Shown: in pieces, positions 1-10,589 of the stretch | Layout of the letters: every line of letters begins with the position of its first letter | How positions within the stretch are numbered: the stretch's first letter is position 1 | DNA from: Alkalispirochaeta sp. | Lineage (GTDB): Bacteria > Spirochaetota > Spirochaetia > DSM-27196 > Alkalispirochaetaceae | DNA length: 64,000 nt | Assembly (NCBI GenBank): GCA_965601925.1 | Contig: OZ271854.1 | Span: 128,001-192,000, forward strand | Reading direction: 5' to 3' | Program-made: the position numbers and the translations under genes | The notes under the pieces: generated by a model | Told to the model about the DNA's origin: nothing | What the model saw: only the letters and a program-made list of their open reading frames with translations | Database searches by the model: none

Positions 1-980
1 GTCACGACCAACTCAGCGGCGTGCGGCGGGCGTCCGGCGGCGGTGTGGATTTGACTGCGTACATCCTCGAGAAATCGATCGAAAAGCACGTCCGCATCGC
101 GAATGTGATCCTGTGCGAGATAATCGTCGTATTCGTCGGTCAAAACGACGCGGTCGGCGGTGGTGAACTTGTGCCAGTAGATCATGTCGAGGACGTTGCG
201 GTTGGAGTACGCAAAGGCCGCCGATTGCGTCGTACCGTCGGGCTCGTCGAACATCCCCTCGTCGATACGCACATCTACGACTCCGGTCTCCGCGGGAACG
301 AACTCGGCAAGTGGTCCGGAGATGAAGTCGCCCCACGCCCAGTAGTTGTAAAACGCACCGGCGCGCGGGCGGTGCACCGCATCGGTCTCGAAGGCGAGGT
401 CGCGAAACCAATCCTCGACGTAGTCGGTAATCACCGCCTCCTCGGGATAGGTGCTACCGTGCCCGTATCGCGTCCCGAGGGGTGTGCTCAATGTGATGTA
501 GAGATCGACCTCCAACGGGTCGGGCTCCGCCGCTTCCAACGATAGCGCCAGGTAGGTGAGCACCGTGCCCCAGCTGTGGCCGACGACGACCAACGGCTTC
601 TCCTGCGCCGCTGCGTACGCAGCGTGCTCGCGTAAATATTGTCTTAGGCTATCCCTTCCCGAGTCCTCGAGGATATCGTCGGTTTGTCCCGTCGCGTCGC
701 CGCTCCACGGGAACGAGAAGATTTCAAACGAGTCGTCCAGGAGCGCGCTCAAGGTCTCGGTGAGGTACGCGTCGCGCTCTTCGAGCTCGAGTTGATCGAC
801 ACCGGAGAGCTGTGCAAGCTCACCGGCCAGCGTATTGACGAAGGAGAGCCCCTCAACCGCGACGATGACGGCGCCGGCATCGTCATCGTTCTCGCCCTCT
901 TCGACGATGCCCGTAAGGAGGTCGCAACCGGCGAGAACGAGCACTACCGCCGCCGCAATCAGTGAGTGGAACTTCATCAT
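1..980 (-). CDS. Lipoprotein with alpha/beta-hydrolase (lipase/esterase-like) domain; runs off the window edge, absent from the ORF track
   Basis: Manual translation from ATG 980: MMKFHSLIAAAVVLVLAGC (lipobox) ... KPLVVVGHSWGTVL (G-x-S-x-G) ... LYITLSTPLG; no stop before position 1. Confidence 0.8.
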   Translation of the reverse strand, partial: MMKFHSLIAAAVVLVLAGCDLLTGIVEEGENDDDAGAVIVAVEGLSFVNTLAGELAQLSGVDQLELEERDAYLTETLSALLDDSFEIFSFPWSGDATGQTDDILEDSGRDSLRQYLREHAAYAAAQEKPLVVVGHSWGTVLTYLALSLEAAEPDPLEVDLYITLSTPLGTRYGHGSTYPEEAVITDYVEDWFRDLAFETDAVHRPRAGAFYNYWAWGDFISGPLAEFVPAETGVVDVRIDEGMFDEPDGTTQSAAFAYSNRNVLDMIYWHKFTTADRVVLTDEYDDYLAQDHIRDADVLFDRFLEDVRSQIHTAAGRPPHAAELVV

Positions 981-983
981 ACG

Positions 984-2402
984 CTACCGAACGACCTCAA
1001 TGGTGAAGACTGCATTGGCTACAGTGCCGCCCTCCCTAAAGTTGAGCTTATGCTTCTTGGCACTGTTCCAGACGTCGTTCATGTAGACATCCATGGTCCG
1101 AAATCCCATATCATCGTCGCCGGTAATGTCGTCCTCATAAAGGTGGCCGGCCAAAACGATATAGGACTCAGCTTCACTAAAATCGGAGAATGTGTGCCTG
1201 GAACTCCCATTGACGGTAATATAATTTCCCGGGGCGACCTGACCTTCCGCATCCGCGTCACCCTCGGGTATATCCCAAAGTTTCGGGCCATAGATCACCG
1301 CCATACCGGGGCTGTGCAGCTCGAATCGAAGGTCGCCGTAGAGTTCCGCGTTGTTACCCGCATCGTCGGTGCTGACGAGCTCTATACGTTCGAGCGTCAC
1401 CTCGACGGTAAGCGATCCGTCCACATCGACGTCCGTCTCGTCGACGAGGGCGAGAAACGCCTCCTCGAGCGCCGTCGCGCGCGCCGCATCATCGGCGAAC
1501 TCCCAGATTGCGATCAGCGGGTTTGTCGCCAGTACGCCCGACTCGGGGAAGCCGACGAACTGCGGGTTGGCGCCGACACTCTCGATCCACCGCTGGTAGT
1601 CGTTGTCGTTAATGATGTTTTGTCCGAACTCGCTTGCGCCGCCGTAGACGTTGAGAGTGCGTTGTGCGTTGGACTCGTAGACCGAACGGTCCTCGGTGGA
1701 CACCGTCTCGGTCTCAATGCCTGCCGATACGAAGACGGCGTCGAATGAGGCGGAGGCCATTACCGAGAGGCTTCGACTCGTCGATATCTGCGACATGTCG
1801 AAGGCCATGTTGTAGTCGAGACGACCGCCGACGTAGATACTCTGCACGACGTGCGTCCCGTAGATACGGAATAGATCGAGGGGGGACACGCTCGGATTGT
1901 CGATATCCTCACGGGCTCGCGGCGTCAGATAAGCTCGCAGTTCATCGACACGCGGGTTGTCGATGGAGAGCTGCGTCTTGTAAATCTGGCTCTGGACGGT
2001 GGCGAACGAATACTCGGCGCGGCCGTAGGTGTCGGATGAGAAGTTGGTCTCGACCGAGCCGCTGAACGCCTTGTAACTCCCGGAGACCCCGACGCGCGAT
2101 GCGAAGCTGTCGGAGTAGTCGGTGATCGTGGTACCGGTGTAGGTTTGGAACGTACTCGTCTCGATCGTACGCTCGCCGACGATCCCGGCCGCCTCCAGTG
2201 CGTCGTAGGAGAGTACTTCGGCTCGCACCTCCCGCGCGTCGGCGAAATTACCGAAAATGTTGTATCCACGTCCGAGGTTGCGGTTGGGAGGAATGGGCGG
2301 CGGTCCGTCGTCTTCTTCGAGAAATCCCAGGACCGTATCGCACGAGGCGAAAAACACGATCGCTCCCAACACCGTGAAAGATAACTTCAATACTCCGTTC
2401 AT
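984..2402 (-). CDS. MACPF/perforin-domain lipoprotein
   Basis: Lipobox FFASC; LGRGYN N-terminal motif; YGTHVVQSIYVGG MACPF signature; acidic beta-rich C-terminal domain. Confidence 0.85.
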   Translation of the reverse strand: MNGVLKLSFTVLGAIVFFASCDTVLGFLEEDDGPPPIPPNRNLGRGYNIFGNFADAREVRAEVLSYDALEAAGIVGERTIETSTFQTYTGTTITDYSDSFASRVGVSGSYKAFSGSVETNFSSDTYGRAEYSFATVQSQIYKTQLSIDNPRVDELRAYLTPRAREDIDNPSVSPLDLFRIYGTHVVQSIYVGGRLDYNMAFDMSQISTSRSLSVMASASFDAVFVSAGIETETVSTEDRSVYESNAQRTLNVYGGASEFGQNIINDNDYQRWIESVGANPQFVGFPESGVLATNPLIAIWEFADDAARATALEEAFLALVDETDVDVDGSLTVEVTLERIELVSTDDAGNNAELYGDLRFELHSPGMAVIYGPKLWDIPEGDADAEGQVAPGNYITVNGSSRHTFSDFSEAESYIVLAGHLYEDDITGDDDMGFRTMDVYMNDVWNSAKKHKLNFREGGTVANAVFTIEVVR

Positions 2403-2698
2403 TGTCCCCTCCGTACCTCGGTAATAGATGAGTAAATCGCTTCGGTTCCTACAAAAAAGAGGATAGCTCTCCGGTGGTACGGAGGCTGTATATCGTTCGA
2501 TATATTTTGAGCCCCGGCGTGCATTTCGGGTGTAGGCGGCGCATCGATACGCGGGCCGCAGTACCGGAACGGCTTGTCGACCCGAGCGCTACGGGGCGTA
2601 TCGGCAAGGGATACGGCGGCTTTTTAGATGTTTACCGGACGGGAACGAACGAGACGTGCGGGGACGAACCGTCGAGAGGGCGATCCGTCCCCGCACGG

Positions 2699-2910
2699 TT
2701 ATTGCCCGTTTTCCACGATCCAATCGTCGACCTGTGCTTGCACGAGGGCGACGAGCGTCTACAACTCGTCCAAATCGGGGCTGAAGCCGAGGGTCGGAGA
2801 GACGCCGGCCGACCGATTCAATGCGCGCACGTCTTCGAAAAGCGTGTCCGGTCGGCCCACGCCGTTTTCTCGGACGTCGAGCCGGCGCGTGAATCGGTGC
2901 ACGCCATCGC
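2699..2910 (-). pseudogene. Possible C-terminal gene remnant with in-frame TAG
   Basis: Protein-like reading ...FSPDLDEL*TLVALVQAQVDDWIVENGQ* continues past TAG 2759-2761. Confidence 0.3.
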
Positions 2911-2978
2911 CCTTCACACCGCGTTGACGATCGTGGCGCGCCGTCGCTATCGTCAACTCGTGCAACGGGACGTACCGC

Positions 2979-3413
2979 ATGAATAGATTCACCCTGATCG
3001 CCGAGGCGCACCTCGTTCTCGTACGCGGCGGCAGTACGTTGATGCTCAGACGCTTCAATACGGGTTACGAGGACGGCAACTACTCGCTGGTGGCCGGTCA
3101 TATCGACGGAGGAGAGACGGCGCGTCGGGCCGCGGCGCGAGAGGCGGCTGAGGAGGCGGGGCTGACGATCGATCCGGAGACCCTCACGTTGTTTCACCTC
3201 GTGCACCGTCCGGCGGATGTAGAGCGCGTATCCTTCTTCTTCACTACCGACTATTGGTCGGGAGAACCTCGTAATATGGAGCCGGACAAATGCGACGATC
3301 TCGCGTGGTTCCCCGTGGACCGACTGCCGGACAACACGATACCGTACGTCAAGCAGGCTCTCTTACGCGGGCTCGCAGGGGAGCGCTATTCCGAGTTCGG
3401 CTGGCCGAGTTGA
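2979..3413 (+). CDS. NUDIX hydrolase
   Basis: Nudix box [29 protein letters not shown] motif. Confidence 0.92.
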   Translation: MNRFTLIAEAHLVLVRGGSTLMLRRFNTGYEDGNYSLVAGHIDGGETARRAAAREAAEEAGLTIDPETLTLFHLVHRPADVERVSFFFTTDYWSGEPRNMEPDKCDDLAWFPVDRLPDNTIPYVKQALLRGLAGERYSEFGWPS

Positions 3414-3492
3414 CCGAACGGGGTGCGCGTTGAGTTAACGGCGCTCCGTCCCGTCGACGACTCGATTCGCCGTCTCGGGAGCGCGGTTTTTT

Positions 3493-5940
3493 CTATTCGC
3501 TCGCCAACGCCACGCCGGCCGACGTAAGGCCGTCGGCGTGAGCTTCGGCGGTGATCACGCCTCGCAATCCGGTCGTCCGCAGGATCAACAGACATTTCCC
3601 GTTGAACGCCGTGCGTCGCGATCGTCGGAAGCTCTCGAAGCTCGTCGGATCGCCGGATCCTACACCCGCAAGAACCGCCGGGCCCGCGATATCGAACACC
3701 ACCGGTGTCTTCGCCCTCGGAACGATTCGCCCCTCCGCGTCGATCACGTCCACCGTTATGTATGCCAAGTCGATCCCGTTCGCCTTCACGCCGATTCTAT
3801 CGGGAGTCATCCGCAGTGAGGTCGCCTCGCCGGCGGTGGAAACGGTCTCCTCGGCCCAGTACGCTCCGTTCTTGTACGCCACGACCCGAAGGTGTCCCGG
3901 CTCGTACACGGTGTCGTCCCATCGCAGGCGATATTCGGCCGGCCCCTTTCTCTTCCGTCCCAGAGACGTACCGTTCAGAAACAGTTCGGCCTCGTCGCCG
4001 CTCGTATACACGTGAACGGGCGTCACCTCCCCGACTCGCTCCGGCCAACTCCAATGGGGGAGTATGTGCACCATCGGATGGTCGGGCCGCCACCGGGATT
4101 GGTAGAGGAAGAAGCGATCCTTCCTGAAGCCGCACAGATCGACGATACCGAAATACGACGAGCGCGCACGTGCGGCGCCGCCGATCGCGTCCAGCATGGC
4201 GATCGCCTCGTCCTTCCACGGATCGTCGTCACGAAAGTTCAAGGCGTTGGTCTCGTCCCGGTTATAGGGCGTCGGCTCGCCGAGGTAGTCGAAGCCGGTC
4301 CACACAAACTCGCCGGCAATCCACGGAAATCGGTCCTGGTTACGAAACTCCGCGTCCGGTGAGGTCGCCCACGGAGGACCGAAGAGATCGTACGAGCTGA
4401 CGTGTCCGTCGACCGCTCCATTCTCCAACCCCTCTTTGAGGGGGAAAAAGTACTCGCCGCGGGAGCTTACGGTCGATCCGTTTTCGGTGCCGAGAATCGG
4501 ATGACTCGGATAGACCTCGCGGGCTCGTTCATACTCCTTGTCGGTGGGATAGTGGATTCCGATCACATCGAACATCCGCGCGTACCCCGTTTCCGCGGCG
4601 GCGTGATCGTTCAGGCTACAGTAGATCGGGCGGTCGGCGTCGTGGTGCCGAAACTCGGCAACGAGATCGGCGAGAACTCCGTGTCGGCTCGGATCGTGCT
4701 GCTCCACGACCTCGTTCCCGATACTCCACAGAATCACCGACGGATGGTTACGGTCGCGGAGGACAAAGTTGCGGACGTCGCGCTTATACCAATCATCGTA
4801 AAAGACGCCGTAATCGTCGGCGGTCTTCGAGTGTTTCAGACCGTCGAAGAGCTCGTCGATGACGAGCAATCCCATCCGGTCGCACAGGTCCACCATCTCG
4901 GGCGCCGGTGGGTTGTGAGCGGTACGGACGGCGTTGGCGCCCATCTCCTTCATGATCTCCAACTGACGCTCCATCGCTCGACGATAGAAGGCGCCCCCGA
5001 GCGGTCCGTGGTCGTGGTGGAGGCAGACTCCGTTGAGTCGCAGCCGCCGGCCGTTGAGGACGAAGCCGCGATCGGCGTCCCAGCCGAACGTCCTAAACCC
5101 GAATGGCGTATCGACGGAGTGGAGCGCCACGCCGTCGTCCGACGTGAGGACCGTACGCAGAGTGTACAGGTGAGGGTGCTCAACGTCCCAGATTGCCGGC
5201 GTCGCTACCGAGAGAGTCTGCACGAGTCGTCGCCCGACGTCGGAGTCTCCCTCGGACCCCGACGGAACCACGTCCAACGCATCGACGGCCGACGACGCGA
5301 CGGAGTCTCCGGTGGGGGACAGCACGTGCTGCTCAACGAAGACCGTCGACGGCTCCTCCTCATGGTTCTCCACGGTCGTTTCGACCTCCACAGAGGCTTT
5401 ATCCCGGCCGATCGCGGGAGTTCTGACGTGCACGCCCCAGTGGGCGATATGACGACGCGGAACGACCTCTATATGGACGGCGCGATAGAGTCCGGCACCG
5501 GGATACCAGCGAGAACAATCCCGATCTTGCGAGAGGCGGACCGCGACGAGGTTAGCGGAGCCGAAGACGACGCGGTCGCTGGCGTCGACGCGAAACGAGT
5601 TGTATCCGTAGGCCCATTCGCCGACGAAGTGCCCGTTGACGTACACCCGGGGCTCCTTCATGGCGCCGTCAAAATCGAGGTAGACCCGTTTGCCCTCGTC
5701 ACGCGCGTCCAGGGTTATCGCCTTTCGGTACCAGCCGATACCGGCGTGAGGAAGCCTTCCGGTCCTCGCCGGGATATCGGGACGGAACGGTCCCTCGATC
5801 GCCCAGTCGTGGGGAAGGTCGACGCGCCGCCAAAAGAGATCATCTACATCGACCGCCTCGAGACCGGGCGGCTCCTCTACGGTGGTGCCGTCGGGCATCG
5901 GTCCGAAACGGGCAAATCTCCAACCATCGGTAATAACCAT
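3493..5940 (-). CDS. GH2 beta-galactosidase-like glycoside hydrolase
   Basis: LPHDWAI, GVCLHHD, RTAHNP, RDRNHPSVILWSIGNE and WTGFDYLGEPTP motifs. Confidence 0.93.
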   Translation of the reverse strand: MVITDGWRFARFGPMPDGTTVEEPPGLEAVDVDDLFWRRVDLPHDWAIEGPFRPDIPARTGRLPHAGIGWYRKAITLDARDEGKRVYLDFDGAMKEPRVYVNGHFVGEWAYGYNSFRVDASDRVVFGSANLVAVRLSQDRDCSRWYPGAGLYRAVHIEVVPRRHIAHWGVHVRTPAIGRDKASVEVETTVENHEEEPSTVFVEQHVLSPTGDSVASSAVDALDVVPSGSEGDSDVGRRLVQTLSVATPAIWDVEHPHLYTLRTVLTSDDGVALHSVDTPFGFRTFGWDADRGFVLNGRRLRLNGVCLHHDHGPLGGAFYRRAMERQLEIMKEMGANAVRTAHNPPAPEMVDLCDRMGLLVIDELFDGLKHSKTADDYGVFYDDWYKRDVRNFVLRDRNHPSVILWSIGNEVVEQHDPSRHGVLADLVAEFRHHDADRPIYCSLNDHAAAETGYARMFDVIGIHYPTDKEYERAREVYPSHPILGTENGSTVSSRGEYFFPLKEGLENGAVDGHVSSYDLFGPPWATSPDAEFRNQDRFPWIAGEFVWTGFDYLGEPTPYNRDETNALNFRDDDPWKDEAIAMLDAIGGAARARSSYFGIVDLCGFRKDRFFLYQSRWRPDHPMVHILPHWSWPERVGEVTPVHVYTSGDEAELFLNGTSLGRKRKGPAEYRLRWDDTVYEPGHLRVVAYKNGAYWAEETVSTAGEATSLRMTPDRIGVKANGIDLAYITVDVIDAEGRIVPRAKTPVVFDIAGPAVLAGVGSGDPTSFESFRRSRRTAFNGKCLLILRTTGLRGVITAEAHADGLTSAGVALASE

Positions 5941-6004
5941 ATGAATAGTGTCTATCCGTTTCGTGGCTTTGAAAATAGGACGGTATTACTCTCTATAAGA
6001 CGAT

Positions 6005-6820
6005 ATGAAACACTTACTCCTGAATCGCCGCATCCCGGGGCTAACCAACTATCCGATCTTCGCACGGGGAGTGGGTATCGATTTCGACCAAGACGCGGTC
6101 GACCGACCGGAAGGCTTTCCCTACCATCAGCTTCTCTTTTCCGCTCGGGGAGTGGGTACATTTCACGTCGCGGGAAAAACTCATCATCTCGGGCCGAATC
6201 GCGGAATCTTTCTGCCGTCCCATACGCCGCACAGCTACCATCGTGCGACGGCGAATTGGGCGACACATTGGCTCGTCTTCGACGGGACGCTGTGCGGAAC
6301 GTTGTTTCGCCAGCTCGGGCTCTCGGATGAGACGACATTCGACGTGCTGCGCGATTGGGATGTAGTCGGCATACTCCACGACGTGTACTCCCGACTCACC
6401 GAAACGACGGAGACGAACCACCGGCGCAACTCCACCGAAGCGTACCGGCTTGTGATAACGCTGCGCGACCATCTCCATACACCGAAAGCGCGCCCCGCTC
6501 CGTTTCAAAGACTCCTGGAGGATATGCAGCACTCCCCTGAAGGGGACTTCGGCATGACGACGTTGAGCCGGAGGCTCTCGTTGACGCCTCAATACATCTG
6601 CCGTCTGTTTCGAAACAACGTGGGGCTCCGTCCCGGCGAGTTTCTCCTCCAATGTCGTATGGAGCGGGCCAAAGAGATGCTTGTAGCGAGCCCCTCGCTC
6701 TCGGTTAAGGAGATATGCTACGCCGTGGGATACCGCGATACGAGCTACTTCATTCGACGTTTCCGCGCATACCAAAAGATGACTCCCGGCGAGTTCCGCA
6801 AAACCTTTTTCATGGGATAA
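6005..6820 (+). CDS. AraC-family transcriptional regulator (divergent from GH2)
   Basis: N-terminal cupin sensor; C-terminal VGYRDTSYFIRRFR HTH. Confidence 0.92.
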   Translation: MKHLLLNRRIPGLTNYPIFARGVGIDFDQDAVDRPEGFPYHQLLFSARGVGTFHVAGKTHHLGPNRGIFLPSHTPHSYHRATANWATHWLVFDGTLCGTLFRQLGLSDETTFDVLRDWDVVGILHDVYSRLTETTETNHRRNSTEAYRLVITLRDHLHTPKARPAPFQRLLEDMQHSPEGDFGMTTLSRRLSLTPQYICRLFRNNVGLRPGEFLLQCRMERAKEMLVASPSLSVKEICYAVGYRDTSYFIRRFRAYQKMTPGEFRKTFFMG

Positions 6821-6968
6821 GGTGCGGCGCCCCAAACGGGATCGCGGCTTTCCCGGCGGCCCTATCGCCCAGGTGACTCCATGATCGTCCCAACTCGTGC
6901 CAAAAAACTTGCCTCATATAATACGATTTTCGTACTATATGAATATCATTTTATTTGAGGAGCGTAGT

Positions 6969-8339
6969 ATGAGAAGAGTACTGCGATGGATCGTTGCGAT
7001 TCCATTGGCATTGGTGGCGTTGCTGGGAGCGGCCCTCGGCGCGTGGCACCTCTTTGACGAGACGCCCCGGCCGGCGGCGGCCGGAGAGACGGATACACAA
7101 TTCGACCTATCGCGTCTTTTGGTACTGGTAGACGGAGACATGACGGCCACGGCGTATGTGGACGGCAATCTCGCCCCGATAGAGGGCCTACAGGACGCGA
7201 TCGTCGAGGTGACCGACCCCGGCTCCGCAGTACACACCCGGACGAGTATCCCTGCGTCGAATACGGTAATGGGGTGGCCCGGTGCCATGACCGCGGATAC
7301 CGCGGGACGCTTCGCGTACGTCATCGAGGGTCGCGCCCAACTCGACCGCTCTCTGGAGACGCTGGAAAATGTCTTCCGCGATATGCCCAACGGACGCCTC
7401 CTTACCGTCGTCGATCTGGCGTCGGCGGACGTCGTCGAGACGGTCGAGGTCTGCGTACGCCCCAACTCGATCGATATCTCCCCGTCGGGCGACTGGCTCC
7501 TGATAGCGTGCGGCGACCCCGAGAATGAGCTCGCGGTCGTCGTACTGGCCGACGGCGCTGTGGACGAGGTACGCCGTTTCGACCTCGACCTGCCCGATAT
7601 CGCACAACGTCCCATCGACGGCGGGTTAACCTACGGAATGATTCACCCCGCAGGCAGCGCCGCCGGTATCATTCAGAGTAACCTCGGTGTCGCCCTCGTG
7701 CGATTCGACCGCGACGGCGACGGTATCCCGAGCGCCGCCACGGCCGAGTCGCCGATTACGGTCGAAGAGGCGTGGTTGTCGATCGGTCGGTGGACCCGAT
7801 CGGGCGGGCACTTTCTCGTCGCCGATACGGGATGGGGTCCCAGACCGATCGACGGGCTCTTTAACGGCCCCGGGGCGATCGTCTCCATAGCGCTCGATCC
7901 CGCCGGAGGGGAGCGCGGCGAGGTGTCGCGAGCCGTAGTATCCAAGAGTCCCGAGGCGTTCGAGCTCAACCGACCCGGAGACCTTTTGGCCGCCGTCAAC
8001 ATGGAACGGGCGTATCTGCCCCCCGGGGGCGCCCTGTCTCTCGCACCGGGACAAAATGCGTCGTCCCTTTCCTTGGTCGCGATCGACGATCGCACGGGAG
8101 AGCTCGAGACGCTCACTGATCCGGTCGGATTTCGCGGTATGCTTCCGGAGGACGCAGCGTTCGACCGCGACGGCGACCACCTGGCGGTCGTGATCTACCA
8201 GGACCACGACGATCTACGCAGCGACGGGTGGGTCGAGTTCTTCGGTATCGAGCGCCATGATGGCGGAGTCGAGATCGTCCCGACCGGGCGACGCCTCCCG
8301 ATGCCGCGAGGCGCCCACGATCTATTCGCGGTGGACTGA
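6969..8339 (+). CDS. Membrane-anchored beta-propeller (lactonase-like) protein
   Basis: GAGGAG RBS; N-terminal TM segment; repeated propeller motifs (ISPSGDWL, FDRDGDHL). Confidence 0.65.
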   Translation: MRRVLRWIVAIPLALVALLGAALGAWHLFDETPRPAAAGETDTQFDLSRLLVLVDGDMTATAYVDGNLAPIEGLQDAIVEVTDPGSAVHTRTSIPASNTVMGWPGAMTADTAGRFAYVIEGRAQLDRSLETLENVFRDMPNGRLLTVVDLASADVVETVEVCVRPNSIDISPSGDWLLIACGDPENELAVVVLADGAVDEVRRFDLDLPDIAQRPIDGGLTYGMIHPAGSAAGIIQSNLGVALVRFDRDGDGIPSAATAESPITVEEAWLSIGRWTRSGGHFLVADTGWGPRPIDGLFNGPGAIVSIALDPAGGERGEVSRAVVSKSPEAFELNRPGDLLAAVNMERAYLPPGGALSLAPGQNASSLSLVAIDDRTGELETLTDPVGFRGMLPEDAAFDRDGDHLAVVIYQDHDDLRSDGWVEFFGIERHDGGVEIVPTGRRLPMPRGAHDLFAVD

Positions 8340-8342
8340 ATC

Positions 8343-9038
8343 GTGACGTTCAAACGTATATTCCCCGGGCTCTGGGCCGCGGGCGGCGGCGTGAACGTCT
8401 TTGTAATCGTCGGCGACGGCGCGACGGTACTGATCGACACCGGTATGCCCGGCGCATCGTCCGTGCTGATCGACGCATTGGGTGCGTTGCCGGTTCTCAC
8501 CGACATCGTCGTGACCCACGCTCACTACGACCACGCCGGCGGCGCGGCGGCCGTTCAGGCGGCGACCGGCGCAACGGTACGAATGCATCCCGATGACGCC
8601 GCGCTCCTGGCCGACGGCCGATGGAAGCGACAAGTCGTCGCCTCCCCCACCTTCCACGGACGCGTCGGAACGTGGGTAATCGGCGCGAGCGCGCCGGCGA
8701 CGGTCGCGCCGGTGGTGCATACCGAGCCGCTCCGAGAAGGCGCGGTGCTCGATATCGCCGGTGGTATCGAGGTGTTCGAGATCCCGGGGCATTCGGCGGG
8801 GCAAATCGGACTGCGGTGGCGTGCGCCGGCGGGGACGGTCATATTCGCCGCCGACGCCGTCATGAACCTTGCGGGCTTACGCGAGCCGCTCCTTTACGAG
8901 GATCGGGCCACCGGCCTGGCGAGCATTACGAAGCTGGCCGACTATAGTGAGTCGGCGGTGCTGATGGTGTTCGGCCACGGCGGCGCTCTAAAGCGTCCGG
9001 CGCCCAAGATAACCGCGTTCCGGAACCGACTCGTGTGA
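8343..9038 (+). CDS. Metallo-beta-lactamase-fold hydrolase
   Basis: THAHYDHAGG, PGHSAG, FGHG motifs. Confidence 0.9.
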   Translation: MTFKRIFPGLWAAGGGVNVFVIVGDGATVLIDTGMPGASSVLIDALGALPVLTDIVVTHAHYDHAGGAAAVQAATGATVRMHPDDAALLADGRWKRQVVASPTFHGRVGTWVIGASAPATVAPVVHTEPLREGAVLDIAGGIEVFEIPGHSAGQIGLRWRAPAGTVIFAADAVMNLAGLREPLLYEDRATGLASITKLADYSESAVLMVFGHGGALKRPAPKITAFRNRLV

Positions 9039-9045
9039 CCGGTTG

Positions 9046-9549
9046 TCACGGTACCGCCGCGCCGCCCCGCCGTTTTGCGGTGCCATCGAGGTCGGTGGGC
9101 GGTCCCGCCTGCCGATTCCGCAGGAACGCCTCGGCGATGAGCGCCATGGCGGTGACGAAGGGTTCACGTTCCTCGGCCGGCAGAACATCCAGCATCGCCT
9201 GACTCGACGCGAGCTCCTCGGCGTCGATCCGACCGAACGCATCTCGGCCGGCCTCGGTCAAATGCAACGCGACGGATCGACGGTTCTCCTCGGGACGCAC
9301 TCGGTCGACGAACCCGCGCTTGACCAGCCGGTCGACGACGCTCGTCGCCGTGGTCGGCACCACACCGAGGTGGTGCGCCACCGCGACGGACATGCAGCCG
9401 GGATGGTGCGCAATGAAGCGTAACGTCTGCATATCCGGAGGGGCCAACTTCAACTCGCCGTGCGCGGTCGGCACGCTCCGTTCCATGATTTTCTGAATCC
9501 TCACGATCGTAAGAATGGAACTCTGCAGAGATCGCGTCATGTCGGTCAT
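9046..9549 (-). CDS. MarR-family regulator
   Basis: VDRLVKRGFVDR..ENRRSVALHLTEAG; start placed at ATG 9549. Confidence 0.9.
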   Translation of the reverse strand: MTDMTRSLQSSILTIVRIQKIMERSVPTAHGELKLAPPDMQTLRFIAHHPGCMSVAVAHHLGVVPTTATSVVDRLVKRGFVDRVRPEENRRSVALHLTEAGRDAFGRIDAEELASSQAMLDVLPAEEREPFVTAMALIAEAFLRNRQAGPPTDLDGTAKRRGGAAVP

Positions 9550-9658
9550 ACCTGTATAATACGATAATCGTACAAAGATAGCTACCGGATTTGCGGCATG
9601 GATGGCTTCCAACGCGCTCGCACGGCCGCAACGCCGTCGCCGTGAGTATCTTGCCTTC

Positions 9659-10516
9659 ATGCATGGAGCACACCCCCGTTTTTATCGACATACGAGACTC
9701 TCAGCCCTCGCCGTTCTGATTACCATATCGATCCTGGACGGCGCCCTCGCGCAGACGACGACCGATGAGACGACGGAGGTCGTCGGCCGGTCGGTTGAGG
9801 GCCGACCGATCACCGTTACCCGTATCGGGTCCGGGCCGATCGACGTGATCTTCGTCGGCGGCATACACGGCGGCTATGAGGCCAACTCGATTCTCCTCGC
9901 TCGACGCTTTGCGGAACACTTTCGTACCGCCGTCGACGAGTTGGCGCCTGAGTTCACCCTGCACGTCATCGAAAACATGAACCCCGATGGGCTATATCGC
10001 GTCACCGACGGGGTAGATCCGGCGGAGTTCGACTTTCGCGCCGTCGATACCGTGCCGGGGCGCTTCAACGCCCGCGGCGTGGACCTGAACCGCAACTGGG
10101 ACGGCCAATGGCGCCCGGTGAGCTACTGGCGCGGACGCGAAGTCGACGCCGGCTCCGAGCCCTTCAGCGAGCCGGAAACGCGCGCCGTACGCGACTACTT
10201 CCTACGCGTCGATCCGACGGCGAGCGTTTTTTTTCAGAGCGCGGCGGCGTTTCTATGGTACAGCGGCGCGGAGGAGGGCTGGGACGCATCGCTCCGGTTG
10301 GCACGGGCGTACTCAGCCGGCTCGGGCTATCGAGTGCTGCAACCGAGCGGGGGACCGAACGACTTCGATATCACCGGCTCGGCGGACGATTACTTCTACA
10401 CCATCGGCCACCGGAACGTAACGGTGGAGCTGACCACCCACTATGAGATCGAGTGGGAACGCAATCTCGCCGGTGTGCGCTCTCTGTTACGGACGTTACG
10501 ACAAGAGCGGGGGTGA
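9659..10516 (+). CDS. M14 zinc carboxypeptidase
   Basis: GGIHGGYE, NPDG, GVDLNRNW, FSEPET motifs; signal-like N-terminus. Confidence 0.88.
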   Translation: MHGAHPRFYRHTRLSALAVLITISILDGALAQTTTDETTEVVGRSVEGRPITVTRIGSGPIDVIFVGGIHGGYEANSILLARRFAEHFRTAVDELAPEFTLHVIENMNPDGLYRVTDGVDPAEFDFRAVDTVPGRFNARGVDLNRNWDGQWRPVSYWRGREVDAGSEPFSEPETRAVRDYFLRVDPTASVFFQSAAAFLWYSGAEEGWDASLRLARAYSAGSGYRVLQPSGGPNDFDITGSADDYFYTIGHRNVTVELTTHYEIEWERNLAGVRSLLRTLRQERG

Positions 10517-10589
10517 CCCGCGGTACGCCGTGCGGCCCGAAGCCCCGGGAAGTCTTCGACCGGCCCGGGGCGGGCTCCGCACCGATGTC

